From IMG/VR virus record IMGVR_UViG_3300017917_003379: 64,000 nt of DNA; one strand, written 5' to 3'. The DNA is from a virus. Shown in pieces: positions 29,494-39,425 of this stretch (position 1 is the stretch's first letter; each line of letters starts with the position of its first letter). Both the position numbers and the translations under genes were made by a program. The notes under the pieces are model-generated. The model searched no databases and was not told where the DNA came from. It worked only from the letters and a program-made list of their open reading frames with translations.

Positions 29494-29898
29494 ATGAAAA
29501 AAATACTATTTATTCTATTAATATGTCCTCTACTTAGCCTAGCACAGACCAAATCTCAACCAGATACAATTGAAATCCCAACTCATGTTGCACGACAAAT
29601 AGTAAAGGATTTAGTTAGTTGCGATAGTTTAAAAGCAATTCATGCTCTTACAGTACAACAACTTACATTAACTGAACGCAAAGTAGATGTTCAAAATAAT
29701 ATTATAAAGGCTCATGAAGAAAAAGGTATAATGTATGAACAACGGATTCAAGTTGAACAAGATAAATACCAAGTAATGAATAATTGGGTAAAAGATTTAC
29801 AAAAACAAAACAAAAAACTTAAAGTAAAATTACGTTTTATTCAAATTGCAGGTACTGCTGTTATTGGGGGGTTGACATATTTATATATAACCAAGTAA
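29494..29898 (+). CDS. Signal peptide + coiled coil + C-terminal TM (possible spanin component)
   Basis: MKKILFILLICPLLSLA-Q; IAGTAVIGGLTYLYI. Confidence 0.5.
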   Translation: MKKILFILLICPLLSLAQTKSQPDTIEIPTHVARQIVKDLVSCDSLKAIHALTVQQLTLTERKVDVQNNIIKAHEEKGIMYEQRIQVEQDKYQVMNNWVKDLQKQNKKLKVKLRFIQIAGTAVIGGLTYLYITK

Positions 29899-29923
29899 AT
29901 TTACATATTAATATTCATATAGT

Positions 29924-29952
29924 AAGTCTAGCCTATTAAGGTTAGACTTTTC
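29924..29952 (+). terminator. Terminator-like hairpin before terminase promoter
   Basis: aagtctagcc-tattaa-ggttagactt + ttc. Confidence 0.55.
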
Positions 29953-29980
29953 TTATATATTTATATATATAAGTGACCAA

Positions 29981-31555
29981 ATGAATATAAAAGATATAAT
30001 TAAACAAGAATATATTAAATGTGCCATGGATCCGGTACATTTTTTTCGTAAATACTGTTACATTACCCACCCTGTAAAAGGAAGAGTATTATTCCATTTA
30101 TACCCATTCCAAGAAGAAACATTAGGTAATTTTAGACAACATCGTTTCTCCATTATAAATAAATCCCGCCAGTTAGGTATTTCTACATTAGTAGCAGGAT
30201 ATGCTTTATGGACTATGTTGTTTAATAAAGATAAAACAGTATTATGTATAGCTACTAAACAAGAAACTGCTAAAGGTATGGTTGAAAAAGTACAGTTTAT
30301 GTACAATAACTTACCTGCTTGGCTACGTGGAAATCAAAAACCATTATCTGATAATAAATTATCACTTAAATTAGCTAATAATTCTCAAATTGTAGCTACA
30401 TCTGCCGCTTCAGATGCTGGTCGTTCTTATGCAGTATCTTTATTACTAATAGATGAGGCTGCGTTTATTGAAGGTATTGATCGAATTTATACAAGTATTA
30501 AACCAACAATTGCTACTGGTGGAGGAATCATTGCATTGTCTTCTCCTAATGGTATTGGTAATTGGTTTCATAAAATGTATACTGAAGCCCAAATAGGAAA
30601 AAATGATTTTAAAGCTATAGAATTAAAATGGAATCTTCATCCTGATCGAGATGAAAAGTGGGAAGCAACAGAAAGAGCAAATATGTCACCACGTGAATTT
30701 GCTCAAGAATATGATTGTGACTTCCTCGGCTCTGGGAATTCAGTAATTGAACCAGATAATTTATCTTTTTATGAACAAACCTTTATACAAGATCCTGTAG
30801 AACGTCGTTTTATGGGTGGTGATTTTTGGATTTGGCAGTACCCTGATTATACTAAATCTTATATTGTATGTGCTGACGTGGCTCGTGGTGATGGTAGTGA
30901 CTATTCTGCGTTTCATGTCATTGATATTGAAGCATGTGAACAAGTTGCTGAGTATAAATCACAAATAGATACACGAACATACGGCAACATGCTTGTATCA
31001 GTAGCTAGTGAATATAACAATGCTCTACTAGTAGTAGAAAATGCAAATGTTGGTTGGGATGTAGTAAATACTATTATAGAAAAAGGATATCAAAATTTAT
31101 ATTATTCACCTCGTGCATATGGTGAAATGCATATGGATAAATGGTTAGCTAAAATAGATAATGAACAAACTGTCCCTGGATTTACTACATCAGCTAAAAC
31201 AAGACCTCTTGTTATCTCCAAAATGGAAGCGTATATTCGAGATAGAGTATTTACTTTTAGATCTAAACGATTATTAGAAGAATTAAGAGTATTCGTTTGG
31301 CAACATGGTAAAGCTCAAGCACAAAGTGGATATAATGATGATTTAGTTATGTCATTAGGTATTGGATTATTTGCTAGAGATACAGGTGTTAAATTTCACC
31401 AACAAGGTTTAGATTTAGCTCGTGCTTCTTTAGGTGGAATTTCTAATACTATTCATAATATGGGTAAAATGCCAATGTTATCAAATGGTCAATCTAATCC
31501 ATATAAGATAGAAACACAACATGGTATTGAAGATATTACATGGTTGTTAGGTTAA
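29981..31555 (+). CDS. terL: Terminase large subunit (T4 gp17-like)
   Basis: KSRQLGIST Walker A; LLIDEAAF Walker B; SSPNG; ADVARG.G.DYS; NDDLVMS. Confidence 0.95.
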   Translation: MNIKDIIKQEYIKCAMDPVHFFRKYCYITHPVKGRVLFHLYPFQEETLGNFRQHRFSIINKSRQLGISTLVAGYALWTMLFNKDKTVLCIATKQETAKGMVEKVQFMYNNLPAWLRGNQKPLSDNKLSLKLANNSQIVATSAASDAGRSYAVSLLLIDEAAFIEGIDRIYTSIKPTIATGGGIIALSSPNGIGNWFHKMYTEAQIGKNDFKAIELKWNLHPDRDEKWEATERANMSPREFAQEYDCDFLGSGNSVIEPDNLSFYEQTFIQDPVERRFMGGDFWIWQYPDYTKSYIVCADVARGDGSDYSAFHVIDIEACEQVAEYKSQIDTRTYGNMLVSVASEYNNALLVVENANVGWDVVNTIIEKGYQNLYYSPRAYGEMHMDKWLAKIDNEQTVPGFTTSAKTRPLVISKMEAYIRDRVFTFRSKRLLEELRVFVWQHGKAQAQSGYNDDLVMSLGIGLFARDTGVKFHQQGLDLARASLGGISNTIHNMGKMPMLSNGQSNPYKIETQHGIEDITWLLG

Positions 31556-31585
31556 TAAATATTTATTAATATAATAAAAATACAA

Positions 31586-33481
31586 ATGGCTGAACAAAAT
31601 ACAGGCTTATTTAACAGATTAAAACGATTATTCTCTACAGATGTTATTATTAGAAATGTTGGAGGAAATCAATTAAAAACAATAGATGTTGATAGAATCC
31701 AAGCATACGGTAATGTTAAAACCAATGCTTTAATTGATAGATTCACCAAGTTACATCGCTATGGTGCTAACATGCCATACAACCCAACAATGAATTATCA
31801 AACACTTCGCATTCAGTTATATACTGACTATGAAGCAATGGATACAGAATCAATTATTGCTTCTGCTCTTGATATTGTAGCTGATGAGTCTACTTTAAAA
31901 AACGAAGCTGGAGAAATATTACAAATTAGAAGTGCTGATGAAAATACTCAACGTATTCTATATAATTTATTCTATGATGTGTTAAATATTGAATTTAACC
32001 TATGGTTATGGATTCGAAATATGTGTAAATATGGTGATTTTTATTTACACCTTGAAATTGCTGAAAAATTTGGTGTTTACAATGTAACACCATTATCTGT
32101 TTATGATATGGTACGTGAGGAAGGTGTAGATCCTCAAAATCCATCCTATGTGTGTTTTAGAATTGATCCTATGGTTATTGCAGCTGGTGGTATTAATTCA
32201 CGTGTTAAGGATAGAGATGGTAAAATTAAATTTGAAAACTACGAGATAGCTCATTTTAGATTATTAACTGATGCTAACTATCTTCCTTATGGTAGATCAT
32301 ATATTGAACCTGCTCGTAAATCATACAAACAATATGTATTAATGAAAGATGCTATGTTATTACATCGCATCACTCGCGCCCCAGAAAAACGTATTTTCTA
32401 CGTTGATATTGGAAATTTACCACCTAATGAGGTTGATGGATATATGGAAAGTTTAAAGCAAAAAATGCAAAAAACACCATTCATTGATCGCAATACAGGT
32501 GAATATAATCTTCGTTATAACATGATGAATGTTATGGAAGACTTCTATATTCCACAACGTGGTGCTAACAGCAACACTAAAATAGACACATTAAAAGGTT
32601 TAGAATATAACGCTATTGATGATGTAAACTTTTTACGTGATGAAATGTTAGCTGCTCTTAAAGTACCTAAAGCATTCTTTGGTTTTGAAAAAGACTTGAC
32701 TGGTAAGGCTACTTTAGCAGCTGAAGATATTCGTTTTGCTCGTACAGTAGAACGTATACAACGTATTGTTTTATCTGAACTATATAAAATAGCTTTAGTA
32801 CATTTATATACACAAGGATATGATGGTGTTTCATTAAGTAATTTTGAATTACATTTAACAACTCCTTCTATCATATATGAACAAGAAAAAATAGCATTAT
32901 GGAAAGAAAAAATAGGATTAGCTAAAGATATCCAAGATTCTAAATTACTTCCTTCAGATTGGATTTATGATAATGTATTCCAATTTAGTGAAGATCAATA
33001 TGATGAATATCGTGACTTAATTATCGAAGACATGAAACGTACCTTCCGTTTATCTCAAATTGAAAACGAAGGTAATGACCCAGCTAAATCTGGTAAATCT
33101 TATGGTACACCTCATGATTTAGCCTCATTGTATGGTAAAGGTAGAATGGGTACAGGTGAAATGGGAATTGTACCTCCAGGATATGATGAAAAAAATCCTG
33201 TTGGACGTCCTAAAGAAAAAACATCCATTATGGGTACACAACGTGACCCATTAGGTAAAGATAGATTAGGTAGTAATGAAATGGGTGCTTTATACACAGC
33301 TAATATTCCTGGTAAAGGAGAAGAAAATGGTACACCAAAAGGAGGTTCACCTTTAGCATTAGCTGAATCTTTAAAATATAAAAATTTACTTAAAGAAATA
33401 CGTACAGATATGGAAAAAAAACAAAACGTATTTGAACAGGAATCTTCATTATTAGACGAAAAAAATATTAAGAACATATAA
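31586..33481 (+). CDS. Portal protein (T4 gp20-like)
   Basis: RITRAPEKRIFYVDIGNLP; MEDFYIP.R; IDTL.G; ALKVPK; EDIRF. Confidence 0.95.
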   Translation: MAEQNTGLFNRLKRLFSTDVIIRNVGGNQLKTIDVDRIQAYGNVKTNALIDRFTKLHRYGANMPYNPTMNYQTLRIQLYTDYEAMDTESIIASALDIVADESTLKNEAGEILQIRSADENTQRILYNLFYDVLNIEFNLWLWIRNMCKYGDFYLHLEIAEKFGVYNVTPLSVYDMVREEGVDPQNPSYVCFRIDPMVIAAGGINSRVKDRDGKIKFENYEIAHFRLLTDANYLPYGRSYIEPARKSYKQYVLMKDAMLLHRITRAPEKRIFYVDIGNLPPNEVDGYMESLKQKMQKTPFIDRNTGEYNLRYNMMNVMEDFYIPQRGANSNTKIDTLKGLEYNAIDDVNFLRDEMLAALKVPKAFFGFEKDLTGKATLAAEDIRFARTVERIQRIVLSELYKIALVHLYTQGYDGVSLSNFELHLTTPSIIYEQEKIALWKEKIGLAKDIQDSKLLPSDWIYDNVFQFSEDQYDEYRDLIIEDMKRTFRLSQIENEGNDPAKSGKSYGTPHDLASLYGKGRMGTGEMGIVPPGYDEKNPVGRPKEKTSIMGTQRDPLGKDRLGSNEMGALYTANIPGKGEENGTPKGGSPLALAESLKYKNLLKEIRTDMEKKQNVFEQESSLLDEKNIKNI

Positions 33482-33517
33482 TAACTACATATTTATCGGT
33501 AGTGTATACTCATTCAT

Positions 33518-34369
33518 ATGAAAATCAAACATTCAAAATTCAAAAATACCGGTATATTATTTGAATTACTAGTACGCCAGATAGCATCGGATACTATATC
33601 CGGTAAAGATTCTGCTGCTATTAACTTAGTTAGAAAATATTTTTCTAAATCTGAATTAACTAAAGAACATAAGCTATATCAAGCTTTAATTAATACTAAA
33701 GTATTAACTGAAAGTAAAGCAGAATCGTTAATTAATGCAACTTTAGAAATATCTTCTAGATTAAATCGTACTACTCTTCGTAAAGAAAAATACAATTTGA
33801 TTAAAGATATTCGTGAAGCGTATGATATAGAAGAGTTTTTCAAAGCTAAAATTAACAATTATACACAATATGCGGCTGCATATAATTTAATTGAAACTCA
33901 TAATTCAACAGAATTTATTGATCCTTCTAATGTTATTGAAAATAAAATAACTTTACTTGAACATATTACTCGTAAAGAATTAAATAGAGATAATATTAAA
34001 GATCGTGTATTAGAAGAATATGCTAGAATGGATAAAGGTACTCGTATTTTAGCATATAAAATATTGCTTGAAAAGTTCAATGAAAAGTATGGTAATATGT
34101 CATCTGCTCAAAAAACAGTACTAAAAGAATATATTAACAATATATCTAATACAGTTAAATTACGTGAATTTGTTAACACTAACTATCTCAGTATTAAAAA
34201 ACGTTTAGTAGAATTAAACAAATCAGTAACAGATAAAACTACTCAAATTAAAATAAATGAAGTAATAAATTTGTTAAAACCATTGGATAAAAACCAAAAC
34301 GTAAAGGACGACAATATTATAGCTTTACTTCAATTTCATCAGTTAATTGACGAATTAAACGCAGTATAA
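33518..34369 (+). CDS. Helical hypothetical protein (prohead region)
   Basis: IKHSKFKNTGILFELL; located between portal and protease. Confidence 0.75.
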   Translation: MKIKHSKFKNTGILFELLVRQIASDTISGKDSAAINLVRKYFSKSELTKEHKLYQALINTKVLTESKAESLINATLEISSRLNRTTLRKEKYNLIKDIREAYDIEEFFKAKINNYTQYAAAYNLIETHNSTEFIDPSNVIENKITLLEHITRKELNRDNIKDRVLEEYARMDKGTRILAYKILLEKFNEKYGNMSSAQKTVLKEYINNISNTVKLREFVNTNYLSIKKRLVELNKSVTDKTTQIKINEVINLLKPLDKNQNVKDDNIIALLQFHQLIDELNAV

Positions 34370-35064
34370 TGGGAAATTTGAAAGAATATATAAAATCATT
34401 AGTACGCAAAGAGTTAGAAGAACAATCTGCTACTGGTGCTATTGGTGTAGGTGCTGGTCCAATACAAACTCCAAAAGCTTTTGCTCCTAAAGGACAAAAG
34501 AAAAACAAAGCAACAAAATATGCTGAAAAAGAAGGATGGAAAGTAACTAAAGGTGAAACCACAATGCCTTCTGATTCTAAAGTAAGAGATTATAAATCAC
34601 TTTGGCCTTCTGCTAAAAAGAAAAAAGTAAAAATTTATAATGAGCGTAGTAACTATGACCAAGCATCAAAATATGGTGCTGCTAGTGGATATACTGCTGC
34701 TAGTGGTTATACTGGTCCTAGTTTAGCTACTAAAGGTGGTGGATATTATGCAAGTGCTATAAAAGAAAATAATATGAATTTAAATAATATTGTTAAACAA
34801 GAATTACTTAACGAAGTAACATACAACAAGTTCAAAAACGAAGTTAAATATAGAACTAAAGCTGAACAACTTCATAAAGCAATTCGTGAAGTAAAACGTA
34901 AACTACAAGAAATAGATCGTATTGTTGAATACACACAACGTATGAAACAAGAATTAAGTGAAGGTGAAGGTATCCAATATTGGAACCGCACAAATAAAGC
35001 AGTAGCTACTATTTCAGAAATGGTAAATCATTTAAATAATAAAATTAAAAATTTAAATCAATAA
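34369..35064 (+). CDS. Putative prohead core/internal protein, class B tags
   Basis: LKEYIKSLVRKELEE; NLNNIVKQELLNE; AASGYT tandem repeat. Confidence 0.65.
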   Translation: MGNLKEYIKSLVRKELEEQSATGAIGVGAGPIQTPKAFAPKGQKKNKATKYAEKEGWKVTKGETTMPSDSKVRDYKSLWPSAKKKKVKIYNERSNYDQASKYGAASGYTAASGYTGPSLATKGGGYYASAIKENNMNLNNIVKQELLNEVTYNKFKNEVKYRTKAEQLHKAIREVKRKLQEIDRIVEYTQRMKQELSEGEGIQYWNRTNKAVATISEMVNHLNNKIKNLNQ

Positions 35065-35192
35065 TGGCTAAAGCAAGAGGTTCAAACGATGTTAAAAAAG
35101 TAACATTCGGTTCTCGTAAAAAAGGAAGTGCAAAAAAATCATATAATAAACATACACCTCGTCCTAAAAAATATCGTGGACAAGGTAGATAA
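35064..35192 (+). CDS. Small basic protein ending YRGQGR (absent from ORF track)
   Basis: MAKARGSNDVKKVTFGSRKKGSAKKSYNKHTPRPKKYRGQGR; start overlaps upstream stop. Confidence 0.7.
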   Translation: MAKARGSNDVKKVTFGSRKKGSAKKSYNKHTPRPKKYRGQGR

Positions 35193-35204
35193 AAATATAT
35201 AATA

Positions 35205-35669
35205 ATGACTGTTAAAGATCTACGTATATTAGTTAAAGAAGTATTAAAAGAAACAAAAACTTTAGGTGAAATAAGAATATCTCAACCTACTAAAAAACCC
35301 TATGATCAAGTAATAGATATATCTTTAGAATATACAGGATGTAGTGAATATGGTGTTTTAATTGATGGTATGAAAAATAATGAAAACATAAGTGTACATA
35401 TATGCCTTGATGTTGAAGAATACTGGGAACCTGCTGAACCTCAAACACTATACTCACCCGGCACTGCAGGTGGTTTAACAGAATTAGAATTGGATATAAT
35501 TAATGGCACTATATATAATGAAACTAATACTCTTGACAGAACTTTAACTTCAGGAGAAATTGTAGCAATTAAAAGAGATAAAGCAGTAATGGATCATATT
35601 TATCAACTTCTATTTGATGAAATATCAAATCGACCACAAGATGAACCTTATGATCCTTATGATTATTAA
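35205..35669 (+). CDS. Acidic hypothetical protein, class B tag
   Basis: MTVKDLRILVKEVLKE..LGE/IRISQP. Confidence 0.7.
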   Translation: MTVKDLRILVKEVLKETKTLGEIRISQPTKKPYDQVIDISLEYTGCSEYGVLIDGMKNNENISVHICLDVEEYWEPAEPQTLYSPGTAGGLTELELDIINGTIYNETNTLDRTLTSGEIVAIKRDKAVMDHIYQLLFDEISNRPQDEPYDPYDY

Positions 35670-35712
35670 ATATAATAAAAACATAATAACGTTAGACAAT
35701 AAATAAAATAAA

Positions 35713-36831
35713 ATGAAAAGCATTAAACAACAGTATATAGATTTAAAAGAAGGTAAAATGTCACAAGCAAACTTTATGCGTAATTTACGCATGACTTTAC
35801 CTCAATATGTAACTAACGTAACTTCATATAATGATGCTGTTAAAATTCTTCGCAACAAAGGTATTTTAAATGAAAGTCTTATTAAGCAACTAGAACAAGG
35901 TATTGAAGTAGAAAAAGAACACACTAGTGATGAAATTAAAGCTGCTGAAATTGCTTTAGATCATTTAAAAGAAAAACCTGACTATTATACTAAATTAAAA
36001 AAAGCCGGTTTAGAAGAAAATAAAAATTGGACTAACGCTAGCGGAAAAGAATTATATAGTCAATTTAAAGAAATTGATAACCTAAATAGCCAAGAAGTAT
36101 TAATTGGTATTGATTTTGAAATTGAACAAAATCATGAGTTATCTAAAGAAGAAGCTGTTAAGATTGTTATTAAAAATTTAAAGAAAAACCCATACTATTA
36201 TACTACTAGTTTAATGGCTGGTAAAAAATTTGAAGAAATACCCACTATTGGAAAATTAACACCTGGTTCTGATAAAATGAAAGAATTTAAAGGTGAAAAC
36301 GATGCTATTGATAAGGACAACATGATGAAACCTGTTAAAGGTATTGATAAACCTAAAAAAGACTCTGATAAAGGTGGTGAAAAAAATAAAATGGTTAAAA
36401 ATGTTTCTTCTATGTCTTTAGTTGCTAAAACATCTCGTGGTGTGCAAAAAATGGCTGCTACTGGTGAAAAAATGAAAACTATCAGAGAAGCAGAAGAAAA
36501 GAAAAATACAGATACATCTTCTAATACAAAAAGTGTACCTAGTACTATTTTTAGCAAAAATGCTAAGTTAAGTGCTAGTATTAGTAAATTAATGGATAAA
36601 GATCCAAATGCTGTTAGTAAACAAAATAGACTTAAAGATATCATTCGTGAATTAATTAAGCAAGAAATGTATGATGGAATGGAACCAATGAGCCGTAAAG
36701 AATTAGATGAAACTGATATATATGGTATTGCTGGTAATCCTGAAAAAGAAAAAGAAGCACGTCTTGCCTCTATAAAAAAATCTAAACCCTCTACAACAAC
36801 AACTAAAAGTACAAAAAAGCCTAAAAAATGA
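35713..36831 (+). CDS. Protein with DUF5661-like repeats (putative prohead core)
   Basis: GIEVEKEHT..EIALDHLKE.PDYYTKL plus a degenerate second copy; LKDIIRELIKQE. Confidence 0.6.
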   Translation: MKSIKQQYIDLKEGKMSQANFMRNLRMTLPQYVTNVTSYNDAVKILRNKGILNESLIKQLEQGIEVEKEHTSDEIKAAEIALDHLKEKPDYYTKLKKAGLEENKNWTNASGKELYSQFKEIDNLNSQEVLIGIDFEIEQNHELSKEEAVKIVIKNLKKNPYYYTTSLMAGKKFEEIPTIGKLTPGSDKMKEFKGENDAIDKDNMMKPVKGIDKPKKDSDKGGEKNKMVKNVSSMSLVAKTSRGVQKMAATGEKMKTIREAEEKKNTDTSSNTKSVPSTIFSKNAKLSASISKLMDKDPNAVSKQNRLKDIIRELIKQEMYDGMEPMSRKELDETDIYGIAGNPEKEKEARLASIKKSKPSTTTTKSTKKPKK

Positions 36832-37442
36832 AACAGCTTTTAATAGAACATATTCCCTTTAGTATAGCTAAACTTACTCTTACTGAAAGTAAGGGTGGTA
36901 GAATGGTATTAGAAGGTAAACTGCAAGAAGCCGAACAAAAAAATGGTAACGGCCGTGTTTATCCTAGAGAAGTATTACAACGCGAAGTAGAAAAATATAT
37001 TAAAGGGCCTATATCCCAAAACAATGCCCTAGGTGAACTAGACCATCCAGAATCATCTGTAATTAATTTATCTAACGTTTCTCATAATATTAAAAAAGTA
37101 TGGTGGGATGATAATAATTTAATGGGTCGTTTAGAATTACTTAACACACCTTCTGGTAAAATTGCTATGGAATTAGTAAGCGCTGGTATTCCTTTAGGAA
37201 TATCATCTCGCGGTATGGGTAGCGTTAAGCAGCTAGGTGAAACAGTTGAAGTACAAGATGACTTTGAATTATTATGTTGGGATCTGGTATCTATACCCAG
37301 CACACCAAATGCTTACATGCAACCTGTTGGTTCATTAAAAGAAGGCAAACAATTTAATACTATTACTAAAGACTATAGCAGAGTAAATTCACTTATTACA
37401 GAAATTATTTGCAGTCAAACTGGTATTTGTCCTTTATGTTAA
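36828..37442 (+). CDS. Prohead protease (T4 gp21-like)
   Basis: NGNGRVYP; ALGELDHP; GISSRGMGS; WDLVS.PS. Confidence 0.95.
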   Translation: MKQLLIEHIPFSIAKLTLTESKGGRMVLEGKLQEAEQKNGNGRVYPREVLQREVEKYIKGPISQNNALGELDHPESSVINLSNVSHNIKKVWWDDNNLMGRLELLNTPSGKIAMELVSAGIPLGISSRGMGSVKQLGETVEVQDDFELLCWDLVSIPSTPNAYMQPVGSLKEGKQFNTITKDYSRVNSLITEIICSQTGICPLC

Positions 37443-37488
37443 TGTAAAGACTTTGAAATATTTTATTGGCTTTTACTTCTATCATATA

Positions 37489-37521
37489 TCTTATTAGGAA
37501 ATAGATCACATTGTGACACTA
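37489..37521 (+). pseudogene. HNH endonuclease relic (N-half of motif)
   Basis: tct tat TAG gaa ata gat cac att gtg aca cta = S-Y-*-E-I-D-H-I-V-T-L, one base from YWEIDHIV; in frame with ORF 37513. Confidence 0.45.
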
Positions 37522-38196
37522 CAGCAAATAAAACAGTTTTATAAAGCATATAAGCAACAAGTTCTTGATGAAATGCAAGAATACTATGATGCTCCTCTAC
37601 AACATATAGAAAGGATAGAATATAATAAGTGGATAGCCTATGAAAATAATATAAAAGTTAATTTTGTATTTATGCGGCGTTTTGGTAATGATTTATATAA
37701 GCTACCTAATATAATCGATAAAAATCAAATAAAAGAGTATTATGAACGTTCATGGAGTTGGGACGAAACAACTCCCGAAAATGAACGAAACGCTAAAAAT
37801 TTCCTTAGAGTAATAGGTACTAGTTTTAAAATAACCCAACAATTTTTTCAAGATAAACCTAACTGTAAAATTTTACTATTTACCTCATTAACAAAAGGCC
37901 ATAATAGTATATATAGCAATCCATCTAGATATAGCAAAAAACTAATATCAATATTAGGAGACCAATATCATTATATATCAGACCCAGATAACTTTAGGTA
38001 CTGGATTATAAATAAAGATGTAATAAACTATAAAAACCAAAATCATATAAATATACGAATGGAAATGTTAGGAGAAAATATGGATGAAGCTATCAAATAT
38101 TGGTATTATCCTCTAAAATATTCCTCAACTTCTTTAAATGTAAAAATTAAAGCTAAAATAAAGCAAAAAATATTAAGAGAAATATACATAAAATAA
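37513..38196 (+). CDS. Hypothetical protein (start uncertain)
   Basis: 227-aa ORF from GTG; C-terminal KIKQKILRE. Confidence 0.65.
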   Translation: MTLQQIKQFYKAYKQQVLDEMQEYYDAPLQHIERIEYNKWIAYENNIKVNFVFMRRFGNDLYKLPNIIDKNQIKEYYERSWSWDETTPENERNAKNFLRVIGTSFKITQQFFQDKPNCKILLFTSLTKGHNSIYSNPSRYSKKLISILGDQYHYISDPDNFRYWIINKDVINYKNQNHINIRMEMLGENMDEAIKYWYYPLKYSSTSLNVKIKAKIKQKILREIYIK

Positions 38197-38255
38197 AATT
38201 AATCGCGATTTTTAATATTTACATATATTTATATCAAACATATCAAAAAAATAAA

Positions 38256-38672
38256 ATGGCCCAATTAATTAACGAAGCAAAAAGAATGCAATTTTTAGCT
38301 GGAATTATTACTGAATCTCAAATAAATGAATTAAATGAACCTGAAAAGGAACTAGTTGATGTTATTTTAGGTGAAGGTATTAATGAAGGAAAATTTAATC
38401 CTAAAGAAATATTAGCTAAATTAATAGCTGTAGCTAAAAAAGGTTTACTTACTGCTACTATTTTATCTACTGTTTTAGCATCTTGTAATTTTGGTCCATC
38501 TGTTGATGAAACTATTAAGAATAGAGTAGAACAACATAAAATTATAAATAGTATGGAATTAGACCAATGGAAAAGAGATGAAACTTTTAAAAATAAAATG
38601 GATAGCCTTAAACAAGATTTAAAAGCAATTGAATATCAATCTGGACTTTCTAATCCTAAAAATCCTTTCTAA
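38256..38672 (+). CDS. Class C-tagged protein with internal lipobox-like segment
   Basis: LINEAKRMQFLAGIITE; KKGLLTATILSTVLAS-C. Confidence 0.7.
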   Translation: MAQLINEAKRMQFLAGIITESQINELNEPEKELVDVILGEGINEGKFNPKEILAKLIAVAKKGLLTATILSTVLASCNFGPSVDETIKNRVEQHKIINSMELDQWKRDETFKNKMDSLKQDLKAIEYQSGLSNPKNPF

Positions 38673-38674
38673 GT

Positions 38675-39268
38675 ATGTTAATAAAAGAAGCAAAACGATT
38701 ACAACAATTAGCTGGTATCATTACTGAAGCTGAGCAAGTTGATAGTGCTGAACAAGCCGCTGAAAAAGGATTAATAGATTTTTTAGGAGACATTAAATCA
38801 GCAGCATCAACTATCAAACCATCTCCTAAAGATGGAAAAATACAAGAAGGACTTTTAACATTATTTGCCATCACTGCTGGTGCTCCAGGTTTATTAAATT
38901 TACTAGGTAAAGGAGCTGATTTAATAGGTCAATATTTTTCACAAGGTAATGTAACTTCTACTAAAGTAGGAGCAGCTTTACAAAAAGCAGGACATAGCTT
39001 AGAACATAAGTATATTGAAGCAATTGCCTTTCTATTAAAAAAAGCATATCCTAAAGATTATGGAAATCAAGATCCATTTGATAAATCATCTCCATTACAC
39101 GATACAGCTCATGGAATTTATGCTGCTATACTAGCAGCGGCCGCTGTGGGATCAGGAATAGAAGCAACTAATGCTGTTAATTTAATTGTAAAAGGATTAG
39201 AAGGAGGAGCAGCAGCTTTTAAAACAGCTGAAGTTGTACAATTAGTACAAAAAATAACAACCGTTTAA
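38675..39268 (+). CDS. Class C-tagged protein with hydrophobic helices
   Basis: LIKEAKRLQQLAGIITE; IQE/GLLTLFAITAG; GIYAAILAAAAVG. Confidence 0.7.
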   Translation: MLIKEAKRLQQLAGIITEAEQVDSAEQAAEKGLIDFLGDIKSAASTIKPSPKDGKIQEGLLTLFAITAGAPGLLNLLGKGADLIGQYFSQGNVTSTKVGAALQKAGHSLEHKYIEAIAFLLKKAYPKDYGNQDPFDKSSPLHDTAHGIYAAILAAAAVGSGIEATNAVNLIVKGLEGGAAAFKTAEVVQLVQKITTV

Positions 39269-39303
39269 AAATTAATCGCGGTTTTTAATATTTACATATA
39301 TTT

Positions 39304-39391
39304 ATAGGTAGCCTACAATAGCTACCTATTTTTATTTATGGTAGTTTGGTAACACAATAACCCCCATTAAGCTTCCCCTACAATAAGCTTA
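39304..39391 (+). promoter_or_regulatory. Three ACAATA-loop hairpins in scaffold/capsid leader
   Basis: ataggtagc-ctacaata-gctacctat; ggt-aacacaata-acc; taagctt-cccctacaat-aagctta. Confidence 0.55.
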
Positions 39392-39425
39392 TTTCCAAAA
39401 AACAAATTTAAGGAGAAAAAAACAA

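Larger units (their letters stand above)
38195..39306 (+). repeat. 39-bp direct repeat (38195-38233 and 39268-39306) containing ATATTTAT and flanking two tagged genes
   Basis: aaaattaatcgcg(a/g)tttttaatatttacatatatttata, 38/39 identical. Confidence 0.9.
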
